Shown: piece by piece, positions 44,476-53,418 of the stretch
Numbering within the stretch: the first letter of the stretch is position 1
Layout: each line of letters begins with the position of its first letter
Origin: an uncultured Rickettsiales bacterium
GTDB taxonomy: Bacteria > Myxococcota_A > UBA796 > UBA9615 > CAYRNR01
Length of the DNA stretch: 64,000 bases
Direction: 5' to 3'
NCBI GenBank assembly: GCA_964504165.1
Contig: CAZDDH010000012.1
Span: 3,213-67,212 of the forward strand
Notes under the pieces: model-generated
Told to the model about the DNA's origin: nothing
Seen by the model: only the letters and a program-made list of their open reading frames with translations
Database searches by the model: none
Program-made: the position numbers and the translations under genes

Positions 44476-45869
44476 ACGATCTCCAGGAGGGTATCTAGCA
44501 TCTGTTGGGTGATTTGCATCACGTTGGCCATGGCGTCATAGCTGTCCTGGAAACGGATCAGGTTGGCGGCCTCTTCCTCCAGGCTCACGCCGGATCGCTG
44601 CGCCCACATGCCGTCGATGGCGGTGGAGACCTCCAGCTGAAGAGAGTGGGCGGCATCGGCCGTGGCGACATCCGCCGCCAGGTTGCCCGTGAAATCGGAT
44701 AGCCCCTCGGTGAGGGTGCGTGTGCCGCCGGCGGTGAGTAGCGCACCGGCCAGGTCGCCCAGCGCGATGGCGTTGTTCCCGTCGCCGGGGAGGCCCAGGG
44801 GATCGGCCGCAGCTGCCAGAGCGTCCGGATCGCCGTCCACTGCCGCATCCACCTCCATGGCGATGGCGGCGCCGGAGACAGCGGCCGGCGGGGCGAACAG
44901 GTCGCGCCCGGTGACGCCGTCCAGGCCCCACCCCGCAGAGTGAACCGCGTTGATGCCGGTCATCAGGTCGTAGGCCAGCTGGTCCAGTTCGTCCGACAGG
45001 CCCGGGGAGACCTCGTCGCGGACCTGCAGGTGCGCGGCGATCTCGCCGGAGCGGATCTGGGGGGTGATATTGGTGGTGACGCCGTCCCGATCCAGAACCA
45101 CGCGGTGCCAGCCCGTGATGGGATCCACATCGGTGCTGAGCTGGCGGGATTCGCCACCCTGAACGGCGGCGTGGCCGCCCAGCATCACGGTCAGGGATCC
45201 ATCGTCCGCTTCGTCCAGCTGCACATCCAGCTGGGCCGCCACCAGGTCCACCAACCGGCCGCGCTCATCCCGCAAATCGTTGGCCGAACCACCGGCGGCC
45301 TCGCGGGCGACGATGGTCTCGTTGAGGGAAGCGATGTTGGCCAGGTAACCGTTGATGGACTCGACCCCCATCACGATGGACTCATCCGCGGTCTGGGCCA
45401 GGCCCATGATGTCCTCTGCCTGCGAGCGGAACTCCCGGGCGAGGTTGCTTGCGTCGTTGAGGATGACCTGCCGAATCGTGGTGTCCGAGGGGGACACCGC
45501 CATGGCGTCGAAGTTGGTGAACAGGCTGGTTAGATGGTCGGACAGGGATCCGTCGCCCACTCCGCCCAGCAGGGTCTCCAGCGCTTCGTAGGCGTGGCCT
45601 AGCTGCTCCGAGTAACCCAGGTTGCTGTGCTCGTCGAGCATGCGCTCCTCGGTGAACCGGTCGTAGGCGGAGGTGACGTCGGCCGCATCGACACCCTGGC
45701 CCAGGAGCAGGCCCCCGGACCAGTAGCTGCCGACCGTACGGAAATCCATCTCCTGGCGGTGATAGCCATCCGTGGCGGCGTTGGCCACGTTGTTGGCCGT
45801 CGTCTGAAGGCCCGCTTGACTACTCTGTAGGGCGCGGCTGCCGAGATGAAGGACGTGGAATAGGGACAT
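44472..45869 (-). CDS. flgK: Flagellar hook-associated protein 1, FlgK
   Basis: LQTTANNVANAATDGYHRQ and C-terminal VSLEEEAANLIRFQDSYDA. Confidence 0.9.
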   Translation of the reverse strand: MSLFHVLHLGSRALQSSQAGLQTTANNVANAATDGYHRQEMDFRTVGSYWSGGLLLGQGVDAADVTSAYDRFTEERMLDEHSNLGYSEQLGHAYEALETLLGGVGDGSLSDHLTSLFTNFDAMAVSPSDTTIRQVILNDASNLAREFRSQAEDIMGLAQTADESIVMGVESINGYLANIASLNETIVAREAAGGSANDLRDERGRLVDLVAAQLDVQLDEADDGSLTVMLGGHAAVQGGESRQLSTDVDPITGWHRVVLDRDGVTTNITPQIRSGEIAAHLQVRDEVSPGLSDELDQLAYDLMTGINAVHSAGWGLDGVTGRDLFAPPAAVSGAAIAMEVDAAVDGDPDALAAAADPLGLPGDGNNAIALGDLAGALLTAGGTRTLTEGLSDFTGNLAADVATADAAHSLQLEVSTAIDGMWAQRSGVSLEEEAANLIRFQDSYDAMANVMQITQQMLDTLLEIV

Positions 45870-45883
45870 GGCCTTCCTCCCCG

Positions 45884-46270
45884 CTAGTACGACGTGCGCA
45901 GCAAAAGGTTGGTCTTGTCAGCGGTGCTCTTTTCCTGGCCGTCCTGGGAGTACCCGGGCAGATTGTCCTGCCCCACTCGTTCGCGGAGCTTGGATGTGAA
46001 ATCGAGCACGTGCGCCACCATCAGCTGGTTGCGCAGTAGCTTGCGGCGCACCTCGGTGACCATCTTGGTGTTGGGTGTGTCACCGTGCTGTGGGTCCGCC
46101 AGCACCGTGGATAGCTCGCGGGTGAGCTCCTCCTGCTGGACCCGGAATTCCTCGATGTGGCGTCCGTCCAGCTTCTGGAGGGGCACCGCTGCTCGATCCA
46201 GCAGCTTCGAGAGACGACTCAGCAGGGTTTCGATGCGAGCGGGATCGTCAGTAGGGAAGGGGGGTGACAT
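45884..46270 (-). CDS. flgN: FlgN-like export chaperone
   Basis: 128-aa helical protein between flgM and flgK. Assignment from position and weak similarity. Confidence 0.5.
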   Translation of the reverse strand: MSPPFPTDDPARIETLLSRLSKLLDRAAVPLQKLDGRHIEEFRVQQEELTRELSTVLADPQHGDTPNTKMVTEVRRKLLRNQLMVAHVLDFTSKLRERVGQDNLPGYSQDGQEKSTADKTNLLLRTSY

Positions 46271-46276
46271 GGGGCG

Positions 46277-46606
46277 TCATTCTTCGTCCCCCGGGATGCC
46301 GGTCAGGTCCTGGAGCATACGGCCCGCCAGGAGATCCAGGTCGATCTCCATCTCGCCGGCGTCGAGCTCAGCGCGGATCTTGTCCACCAGTTCCTGCCTC
46401 ACCTCGGGAGTCGCTTTCGCTTGTTCCGCGATCTGTCCCACCTCTTCCAACTCAGTGGAGAGGGTGACCTTGGAGCCGGTGGCCTGGGCCTCGGAACGCG
46501 ATGCGGATGAACGTATGGGGTCTACGCCGGACGTTTCGTTCGCCTGATCGACGGGGCGCTTGGCTCCGGCGGTCACGTTCGGCGCTGTTTTGTCCGTTAC
46601 TTTCAT
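46277..46606 (-). CDS. flgM: Anti-sigma-28 factor FlgM
   Basis: Disordered N-terminus. C-terminal EVRQELVDKIRAELDAGEMEIDLDLLAGRML. Confidence 0.8.
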   Translation of the reverse strand: MKVTDKTAPNVTAGAKRPVDQANETSGVDPIRSSASRSEAQATGSKVTLSTELEEVGQIAEQAKATPEVRQELVDKIRAELDAGEMEIDLDLLAGRMLQDLTGIPGDEE

Positions 46607-46735
46607 CGTTCTAACTCCACGGGACGGCGGCAGCCTCTTGCCACCAGCACGTCCTCGTCAAGCCAAATCTGGCTCGGACCATCTTGGCCCGGGGCCTGCA
46701 TCCTCGTCGAGGCTTTTTCCTGTCTGCTTTTACCT

Positions 46736-46762
46736 TCATCGGATGCCCTCCCAGAAACTTGA
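46736..46762 (-). promoter_or_regulatory. Sigma-28-type promoter candidate for flgM-flgN-flgK-flgL
   Basis: Minus strand reads TCAAGTTT-N11-TCCGATGA, with the same spacing as the fliC promoter. About 130 nt upstream of the flgM ATG. Confidence 0.4.
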
Positions 46763-46781
46763 GAGTTTTGTTGTTTTAGGA

Positions 46782-47504
46782 TCATCGCGTCCCCCCGAGA
46801 AAACCCTGCGGATCCACGGCTTCACCATTGCGGCGAACCTCGAGGTGCAGGTGCGGGGCCGTCGAACGCCCGGTTGAACCCACCGATCCCAGGGCGACGT
46901 CGCCCTCCAGCCAATCCCCTTCGGTGACGCTGACCCGAGCCAGGTGTGCGTACCGACTCTCGACGCCTTGACCGTGGTCCACGATCACCAGGTTGCCGTA
47001 GCCACCACTCTCCCCGGCATAGGTGACACGGCCACCCAAGACGGGATAGACCGCCGTGCCCTGCGGGGCGCCGACATCGATGCCGTTGTGCATGCGGGTC
47101 GCGCCGCTGAACGGATCGATGCGCTCACCAAAGCCGCTACCCACCCCCTCGGCCCGATGGCCGGGAACGGGCCAGGCCGGCTGCTGCGACTGCTGCTCGT
47201 AGGCGTTGCAGGCCACCGCGCCCATGTTGCGCAACAACACGTCCTTGATGCCGATGCCGCCCCCCTCGGCCACCCGCTGCAGGATGGCGTCGTGGAACAT
47301 GTCGGACGCGAACTTGGAACCCATCGAGTTGCCCAGCATGCCGCCGTGCTCGCGCAGGGGCCGCAGCAGCTCCCCCAGCACCATCGCCTCGAACTGCTCC
47401 GCCGCCTTCAGCAGCTTCACCGGATCGTCCTTGAGCCGATGCAGGCGGTCGGCCAGATCGGATGGATCGGAGCGGGGAGTGTCGATGGGCACCATCGGGT
47501 TCAT
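46782..47504 (-). CDS. flgJ: FlgJ-type rod-binding domain fused to an M23 metallopeptidase domain
   Basis: Rod-binding segment LLKAAEQFEAMVLGELLRPL. M23 motifs HNGIDV (HxxxD) and APHLHLEV (HxH). Confidence 0.8.
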   Translation of the reverse strand: MNPMVPIDTPRSDPSDLADRLHRLKDDPVKLLKAAEQFEAMVLGELLRPLREHGGMLGNSMGSKFASDMFHDAILQRVAEGGGIGIKDVLLRNMGAVACNAYEQQSQQPAWPVPGHRAEGVGSGFGERIDPFSGATRMHNGIDVGAPQGTAVYPVLGGRVTYAGESGGYGNLVIVDHGQGVESRYAHLARVSVTEGDWLEGDVALGSVGSTGRSTAPHLHLEVRRNGEAVDPQGFLGGTR

Positions 47505-48625
47505 CAGATGACCTCCAGCTCCGCGTCCAGCGCGCCGGCGGCCTGGATCGCTTGCAGGATGGAGATCAGGTCCCGAGGCGAGACACCCAACGCGTTGAGG
47601 GCGGACACCACCTCGGCGATGCTGACCCCGCCGACCACCTTCATCGGCCGGTATTCCTCGCTGGCCTCGATGTCGCTGTCCGGCACCACCGCCGTATCCC
47701 CTCCGCCGAAAGGCTCGGGCTGGCTGACGCCCCAGGAGGTGTCCACCTGGATCGTCAGGCCGCCGTGGGCGATGGCGACGGTGTCGATGCGCACGTCGTT
47801 GCCCATCACCACCGTGCCGGTGCGTTCGTTGAGGATCACCTTGGCGCGCCGGGAGACCTGCACCTCGAGGTTCTCCAGCACGGCCAGCATCTCCGGCACG
47901 CGGCCGGTGTACTGGTCCGGGACCCGGATGGTGACCGTGCGGGCATCGACGGCAGCGGCGAAATCACCCAGCAGCGAATGGTTGATGGCCTTGCTGACCG
48001 TCACCGCGGTGCGGAAGTCCGCGTTGCGGAGCGACAGCTCGAGCTCCTTGCGGTGGAGCATGTCCACCGCCACCTGCTGCTCGACGATGGCCCCTTCGGG
48101 GATGCGCCCCACGTTGAGTTGGTTCTTGACGGCCGAGGAGCCACCGGCGGCGGCACCAAAGCCGCCGAGGGTCAACGCTCCCTGGGCCACGGCGTAGATC
48201 TGGCCGTTGCCCGCACGCATGGGGGTCATCAGCAGGGTGCCGCCCTTGAGGCTCTTGGCGTCGCCAATGGAGGAAACCAGCACCGGCAACCGCTGGCCGG
48301 GGCGAGCGAAGGGTTCCAGCGTGGAGGTGACGACCACCGCCGCCACGTTCTTGCTCTTGATGTCCCGCTCGTCCACGGTCAAACCCAGCCCGCTGAGCAG
48401 GGTCATCACCGACTGCACGGTCATGCCCGAGCTGGAGCTATCGCCGGTGCCGTCCAGGCCCACCACCAGCCCGTAGCCGATGAGCGGGTTGTCGCGCACA
48501 CCCTGGACGTCGCCGATGTCGGCCAGCCGGGCGGCTCGTGCCGGTACGCACAGCGCCAGGGCCAGCAGCACCGCGGCGACCCCGGACCCGGCGCGGGTCC
48601 ACGTTTTGAGCCCTAGAATGGCCAT
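47504..48625 (-). CDS. flgI: Flagellar P-ring protein FlgI
   Basis: RLADIGDVQGVRDNPLIGYGLVVGLDGTGD. Start trimmed to the ATG at 48625 (track 48652), which gives a signal peptide. Confidence 0.9.
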   Translation of the reverse strand: MAILGLKTWTRAGSGVAAVLLALALCVPARAARLADIGDVQGVRDNPLIGYGLVVGLDGTGDSSSSGMTVQSVMTLLSGLGLTVDERDIKSKNVAAVVVTSTLEPFARPGQRLPVLVSSIGDAKSLKGGTLLMTPMRAGNGQIYAVAQGALTLGGFGAAAGGSSAVKNQLNVGRIPEGAIVEQQVAVDMLHRKELELSLRNADFRTAVTVSKAINHSLLGDFAAAVDARTVTIRVPDQYTGRVPEMLAVLENLEVQVSRRAKVILNERTGTVVMGNDVRIDTVAIAHGGLTIQVDTSWGVSQPEPFGGGDTAVVPDSDIEASEEYRPMKVVGGVSIAEVVSALNALGVSPRDLISILQAIQAAGALDAELEVI

Positions 48626-49305
48626 AACCAGTCCATTCCCCGCTGCAGCCAACCCGGGTGTTGCTTGTCGCCCAGGACCCCCTGGCCGAAGAACTCGATC
48701 TGGGCCTCGGCGATCTTGGTGGAGACGATGGTGTTGTCCACGGAGATGTCCCGGGGGTCCACGACGCCGCGGAGCCCGAGGAGCTGCACCTCGTTGTTGA
48801 CCTTCAACGTGCGGCTTCCGGAGATGACCAGGTGGCCGTTGGGCAGCACCTGCATGACGCGCACGGTGAGCGTGGTGGTCAGGGTGCCCTCGCGTAGCGT
48901 CTCGCCTTCGCCGGTGAAGTCGTTCTTGGTCTCGGCGCCCACGGCGATCTCCGAGCCCATGTTGGGGTTGGATTGAAGGATGGAGGTCCCCAGCCCCAGC
49001 ATCGCCCCCAGCTTGGCGTCCGTGCCCGACTCACGTTTGGTGCTCGTCGATGCGGTCTTCTTGGCCTTGGCCTCCTCCACCACCTGGACCGTCAGCACGT
49101 CCCCGGGGACGCTGGCCCGCCGGTCGGCGAACAGGTGGGTCGTGGTGCCCGCACCCACCCACAGGGAACCGTCCGCCGTCTGCCGCGGGGCGGAGGGCAT
49201 GGCCTCCACCTGGGTCATCCAATCCGCAGGCATCGGAGAAGGGGAGGTGTGGGCGCAGCCGACGAGCATCATCAGTGCCGCCATCATCAGGATGGATCGT
49301 TTCAT
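48613..49305 (-). CDS. flgH: Flagellar L-ring lipoprotein FlgH
   Basis: Lipobox MMLVGC. VLPNGHLVISGSRTLKVNNEVQLLGLRGVVDPRDI. Confidence 0.9.
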   Translation of the reverse strand: MKRSILMMAALMMLVGCAHTSPSPMPADWMTQVEAMPSAPRQTADGSLWVGAGTTTHLFADRRASVPGDVLTVQVVEEAKAKKTASTSTKRESGTDAKLGAMLGLGTSILQSNPNMGSEIAVGAETKNDFTGEGETLREGTLTTTLTVRVMQVLPNGHLVISGSRTLKVNNEVQLLGLRGVVDPRDISVDNTIVSTKIAEAQIEFFGQGVLGDKQHPGWLQRGMDWLWPF

Positions 49306-50057
49306 GGGGTACCTCCTTGGGCCGCGATCGGCGTGCTGACAGCCGGGAGCGCCATCACCAGCCGTCCACCCTCTTCCATCCAGCCGCTCACCACGGTGCC
49401 GGTCTCGTTGCAGCGGGCCTTGGCCTGCTCACCGACATAGGCGTCGGCCTGGAGTTCGGCGGTGCAGGACACGACCATGGGGCCGGTGCGGATCTCCACC
49501 AGCACGGCGGCGCCGCGCTTGAGGTACGGCACCCGCCGAACCATGGAGCGGCACAGCACCGTGCCGGCCGTCAGATTCCGCGCCGCGGCGTAGGAGCCGT
49601 CCACCGCGTCGGCGGCGAACAGGGCGTCGTGGGGGAGGGTGCTCAGGTCACGTAGATCGGTGGTGAGGATGGTCTCCGTCACCGATTCGCCACGGGAGAC
49701 CGAGGTGGCCAGGGTGCGGACCGGTACGGCGCCCCGCACGGTGAAGCTGATGTTGCGGGTGTCCAGCACGTCGCTGTCCTGCAGTACGTCCATCACCAGC
49801 ACGGTGCGCCCGATGAAATCCTCGCCCGGGCGGGGGCGGAAGCGCAGGCCGACTCCGTCGCCGTCGTAGGAGCGGTCCTCGCGGAGGCTCAGCTCCTCCA
49901 CCACCACCTGCTCGATGTTCTGCGGTAGCCGCTCGCGCACGAACTGCTGGAGTTCCTGGCGGACCTGGTCCGGCGTCACGGTGGACGCCAGGGCCGGCAG
50001 GCTCGTCCAGCCGAGCGCCAGGGCTAAAAACACGGTTGCAGTCCGTAGAGCGTTCAC
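49302..50057 (-). CDS. flgA: Flagellar P-ring assembly chaperone FlgA
   Basis: Signal peptide, SAF-like middle region and C-terminal FlgA barrel (GAAVLVEIRTGPMVVSCTAELQADAYVGE). Confidence 0.75.
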   Translation of the reverse strand: MNALRTATVFLALALGWTSLPALASTVTPDQVRQELQQFVRERLPQNIEQVVVEELSLREDRSYDGDGVGLRFRPRPGEDFIGRTVLVMDVLQDSDVLDTRNISFTVRGAVPVRTLATSVSRGESVTETILTTDLRDLSTLPHDALFAADAVDGSYAAARNLTAGTVLCRSMVRRVPYLKRGAAVLVEIRTGPMVVSCTAELQADAYVGEQAKARCNETGTVVSGWMEEGGRLVMALPAVSTPIAAQGGTP

Positions 50058-50061
50058 GATG

Positions 50062-50844
50062 TCACCGCTTGATCTGGTTGGTGTTCTGCAGCACCTCGTC
50101 GCTGGTCTCGATGACCTTGCCGACCAGCTCGTAGGACCGCTGGGCGCGGATCAGGTTGACCAGCTCCTCGGCCACGTCCACGTTGCTGGCTTCGAGGGCG
50201 TACTGGATGATGTTGCCGATACCCGGATCGCCGGGCATCCCGGTCAGCGGGTCACCGCTGGCCTCGTTGACCTTGAAGACGTTCCCACCTTCAGCGACCA
50301 GCCCGGAGGGGTTGGTGAAGGTGGCCAGCTCGATCTGGCCCAGCTGCGTGCCGGTCTCCTCCCCCTCCACGTAGGCCATCACGATGCCGTCGTTGCCCAC
50401 GGTGATCGTGGCTCCCTCGGGGACGGTGCCTCCCGGTATCAGGCGGTGCCCGTCCACGTTGACCAGGTTGCCTTCGCTATCCAGCCGGAACGACCCGTCG
50501 CGGGTGTACCCGATGGTTCCGTCCGGCATCTCCACCTGGAAGAATCCGGGGCCGTCGATCATCAGATCCGTTGCGTTGCCGGTGGTCTCGGCGCTCCCTT
50601 GCTGGAAGGAACGGCGCAGGGATGCCAGCTCGACGCCGTGGCCCATCTGGACACCGGTGGTGTCCTGGGTGCCGGCCACCGAGTTCTGGCCCGGGCTGCG
50701 CATCTTCTGGTAGGCCAGATCCTGGAAGTTCTCGCGAACCTTCTTGAACCCCGTGGTGGTCACGTTGGCCAGGTTGTTGGCGATGTTGTCCATCTTCACC
50801 TGCTGGGCCGACATGCCCGTTGCTGCTGTGTACAGGGCTCTCAT
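50062..50844 (-). CDS. flgG: Flagellar distal rod protein FlgG
   Basis: ATG at 50844 preceded by GGAGG. MRALYTAATGMSAQQVKMDNIANNLANVTTTGFK. C-terminal EASNVDVAEELVNLIRAQRSYE. Confidence 0.9.
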   Translation of the reverse strand: MRALYTAATGMSAQQVKMDNIANNLANVTTTGFKKVRENFQDLAYQKMRSPGQNSVAGTQDTTGVQMGHGVELASLRRSFQQGSAETTGNATDLMIDGPGFFQVEMPDGTIGYTRDGSFRLDSEGNLVNVDGHRLIPGGTVPEGATITVGNDGIVMAYVEGEETGTQLGQIELATFTNPSGLVAEGGNVFKVNEASGDPLTGMPGDPGIGNIIQYALEASNVDVAEELVNLIRAQRSYELVGKVIETSDEVLQNTNQIKR

Positions 50845-50857
50845 GGTTCCTCCTAGT

Positions 50858-51595
50858 TCATCCCTTGGCGTTGCCAACCTTGTTGTTGAGCTGGCCACGC
50901 GTCGAATCGAGGGCACTTAACGTCTTGACGTAAGCCTCGTGAAAGCGGCTGAGGCGGATGAGTTCCACCAGCTGCTCGATGGGTTCCACGTTGGAGCCTT
51001 CCAGGGCTCCTTGGATGAATTGCACGTCTTCGGCGGGGGCCGCCTGGGCCGCATCACCGGCGAACAGGTTGTTCCCCTCACGGTCCAGGGCCTCTGCGTT
51101 TTCGAATACGGTTGCCCCCAGGCGTGCTACCTGGACCCCCTCCTGGGTGATGGAGCCGTCCCTGGCGATGATGAAGGCGCCGGGCTGGAGCAGGATCGGC
51201 TTGCCTTCGTCGGAGAGCACCTTGGCTCCGGACTGATGGAGCAGCACGCCATCCACGCCCACCCGCAGGGTGCCGTCGCGGGTGTACTGTTCGCCATTTT
51301 CTGTCTCCAGCCGCAAAAAACCTTCGCCGTCCAGGGCCACGTGGCACGCCTCGCCAGTCTCCATGATCGCGCCGAAGCGCTGGTCGTTCTGGATGCCTTC
51401 GAGGTGCACCAGGCGTTCGGCGATGCGGCCGGTGGCGCCCTGAGGGCTGTCCTTGGCCGGTGTCACCACCTTGAAGACGGCCCGCTGAGCGCGGTAGCCC
51501 GGCGTGTTGGAGTTGGCCAGGTTGTTGGCGACGAGTTCCAGCGACTCGAAAGCGCGAGACCCGGCGGCCAGGGAGGTATAGATGCCGTGGCTCAT
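50858..51595 (-). CDS. flgF: Flagellar proximal rod protein FlgF
   Basis: LELVANNLANSNTPGYR and C-terminal LEGSNVEPIEQLVELIRLSRFHE. Confidence 0.85.
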   Translation of the reverse strand: MSHGIYTSLAAGSRAFESLELVANNLANSNTPGYRAQRAVFKVVTPAKDSPQGATGRIAERLVHLEGIQNDQRFGAIMETGEACHVALDGEGFLRLETENGEQYTRDGTLRVGVDGVLLHQSGAKVLSDEGKPILLQPGAFIIARDGSITQEGVQVARLGATVFENAEALDREGNNLFAGDAAQAAPAEDVQFIQGALEGSNVEPIEQLVELIRLSRFHEAYVKTLSALDSTRGQLNNKVGNAKG

Positions 51596-52398
51596 CGTTT
51601 CGCCTTTCGTTTCTTGCCCGCCGGGCGGTTGGCCAGCTCGGGCGTCATATGGGCCCGCAAGCGCATGCAGGCCTCCGTGTGGATCTGGGAGATGCGCGAT
51701 TCCGTCACGCCGAGCACGCCGCCGATCTCCTTGAGCGTGAGGTTCTTGAGGTAGTACAGGGCCACGACCGTCTTTTGCCGTTTGGTCAGGTGGTTCTCGA
51801 TGGCATCCTTCATGGCGGCCAGCGCCTGGCGTAGCGCGACGCTCTCCTCCACGGTGGCGGCAGAGGGATCGCTGAGCAGGTCGCTGAGGGAACGGGATTG
51901 CTGATTGGCGCGGCCCTCGAACGAGATGAGCATCACGGAGCGGCAGTCGTTGACCGTGCGCCAGTACTCCTCGAGGCTGATCTCCATCGCGTCCGCGACC
52001 TCGTGGGCCTCGGGCGGCCGCCCCAGTTTTTGCTCCAGGACGGAGACCGCGGACTGCACGCGGTTGGCGGTCGCGCGTGCCTGACGGGAGATGGGGTCGA
52101 CCCGGCGGAGCACGTCCAGCATCGCCCCCCGGATGCGGAAGTCGGCGAAGGTCGAGAACTGGACGTCCCGTTCCGGGTCGTAGCGGTTCATCGCGTCGAG
52201 CAGCCCCAGGGCGCCCGAGTTGAACAGGTCGTCCAGCTCCACGGCGGCGTCCCGGGGGAGCCGCGCCATCAGCCGGCGGGCCATGGCAGAAATCCGGGGA
52301 GTGAACTCCGCCACCAGCTCGTCACGATTCTTGCCGTCGATGAGCGTCTGGTCCTGGTAACCACGGGCCCCTGGTGGTTGCTGGGAGTAGCAGTTCAC
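51592..52398 (-). CDS. fliA: Flagellar sigma factor FliA (sigma-28)
   Basis: GTG at 52398 overlaps the flhF stop (GTGA). Region 2 FSTFADFRIRGAMLDVLRR. Region 4.2 LTLKEIGGVLGVTESRISQIHTEA. Confidence 0.85.
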   Translation of the reverse strand: MNCYSQQPPGARGYQDQTLIDGKNRDELVAEFTPRISAMARRLMARLPRDAAVELDDLFNSGALGLLDAMNRYDPERDVQFSTFADFRIRGAMLDVLRRVDPISRQARATANRVQSAVSVLEQKLGRPPEAHEVADAMEISLEEYWRTVNDCRSVMLISFEGRANQQSRSLSDLLSDPSAATVEESVALRQALAAMKDAIENHLTKRQKTVVALYYLKNLTLKEIGGVLGVTESRISQIHTEACMRLRAHMTPELANRPAGKKRKAKR

Positions 52399-53414
52399 GG
52401 TGCGTCCCCCCCGGTGCTCCCGTCGTCCGGGCCGTCCACTGCCGTGACGTGATTTTCCATCCGGTTCACGACCGAATCCCAGCGCGCCAGTTCCAGCTGG
52501 GGATCGTCTTCCTCGTTGAACTTGCCAACGAATCCAAAGGGGCCGTTGGAAGCCAGTGCCAGGGACAGCAGGGCTCCCATGTGGTCGACCCCATCGACGA
52601 ACGTCATGATCCATCCCAGGCTCTCGAACTCGGCCACGGCATTGACCATCGCGATGCCTTCGGTCAGCTCATCCGCGGTGACGACTGGAACCAGAGACAT
52701 GGAGTCGAATGCATTGAGCCAGGGAATGGTGAGCAGGCCAGCACGGGACGGGCCCATGGCTGGCATGTCGATGACGATCAGATGGAGCGATTCGTCCTGC
52801 GCGATCAGTTTTGCGGCCCGCTCCGGGGCTCCCTCTTGCAGGGACTTGACGCCTTCTATCTCCATTTCCGGGCGAGGGCCGGTGGACAGCAGGGCCACCT
52901 TGCCGGGCAGCAGCTCGGCTGCCATCCGGCACAACTCGACGGCGACCGTGGTGCGGCCCGTGCGATGGGCGCCCGCCAGCCCCAGCACGTACTTGTTCGA
53001 TAGATCCAGCGCCAGGGAGCAGGGCGTGTCTCGCTCCAGGACGGCGCGGATGCGGTCCCAGGGGGGGGTATCCAGCGACGGGTCACCCATCCACGCCTCT
53101 CGGCACAGGATCGTGGCCTGATCTTGCCGCGTGTTCATGGACACCAGCTCTTGCCACAGTTTCCGGTACCGGGCCGGCAGGGCGCCCATCCCTGCGGCGT
53201 TGCCGGCATCGCTGGGGCCGTTTTGTAAAAACTCAATCAGGGTCGGGATGCCCATCCGCTCCGCCTGGGCGACGGCGATCTCGACCCCTGGTTTGTCACT
53301 GCCCTTGCCCACGGAGACGATAGCGGTGTCATTCCCGAGTGCCTTGCGCGCCCGTCGGGAGGCGTCTGCCACCGTCCTGCCCCTGAAACGGAATGTCTTC
53401 CTACGATCGTTCAT
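52395..53414 (-). CDS. flhF: FlhF-like protein with degenerate SRP-GTPase motifs
   Basis: FlhF-type N-terminus (FRFRGRTVADASRRARKALGNDTAIVSV) and the position between flhA and fliA. The G-motif equivalents read GAHRTGRTT, VIDMPAMG and TFVDG. Confidence 0.5.
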   Translation of the reverse strand: MNDRRKTFRFRGRTVADASRRARKALGNDTAIVSVGKGSDKPGVEIAVAQAERMGIPTLIEFLQNGPSDAGNAAGMGALPARYRKLWQELVSMNTRQDQATILCREAWMGDPSLDTPPWDRIRAVLERDTPCSLALDLSNKYVLGLAGAHRTGRTTVAVELCRMAAELLPGKVALLSTGPRPEMEIEGVKSLQEGAPERAAKLIAQDESLHLIVIDMPAMGPSRAGLLTIPWLNAFDSMSLVPVVTADELTEGIAMVNAVAEFESLGWIMTFVDGVDHMGALLSLALASNGPFGFVGKFNEEDDPQLELARWDSVVNRMENHVTAVDGPDDGSTGGDAP

Positions 53415-53418
53415 CGAC

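Noticed and set aside
52395-53414. Interpreting this ORF as the missing FlhG/MinD-type ATPase
   Set aside because: It has no deviant Walker A (KGGxGK[ST]) motif. The N-terminal segment and the position after flhA fit FlhF instead.
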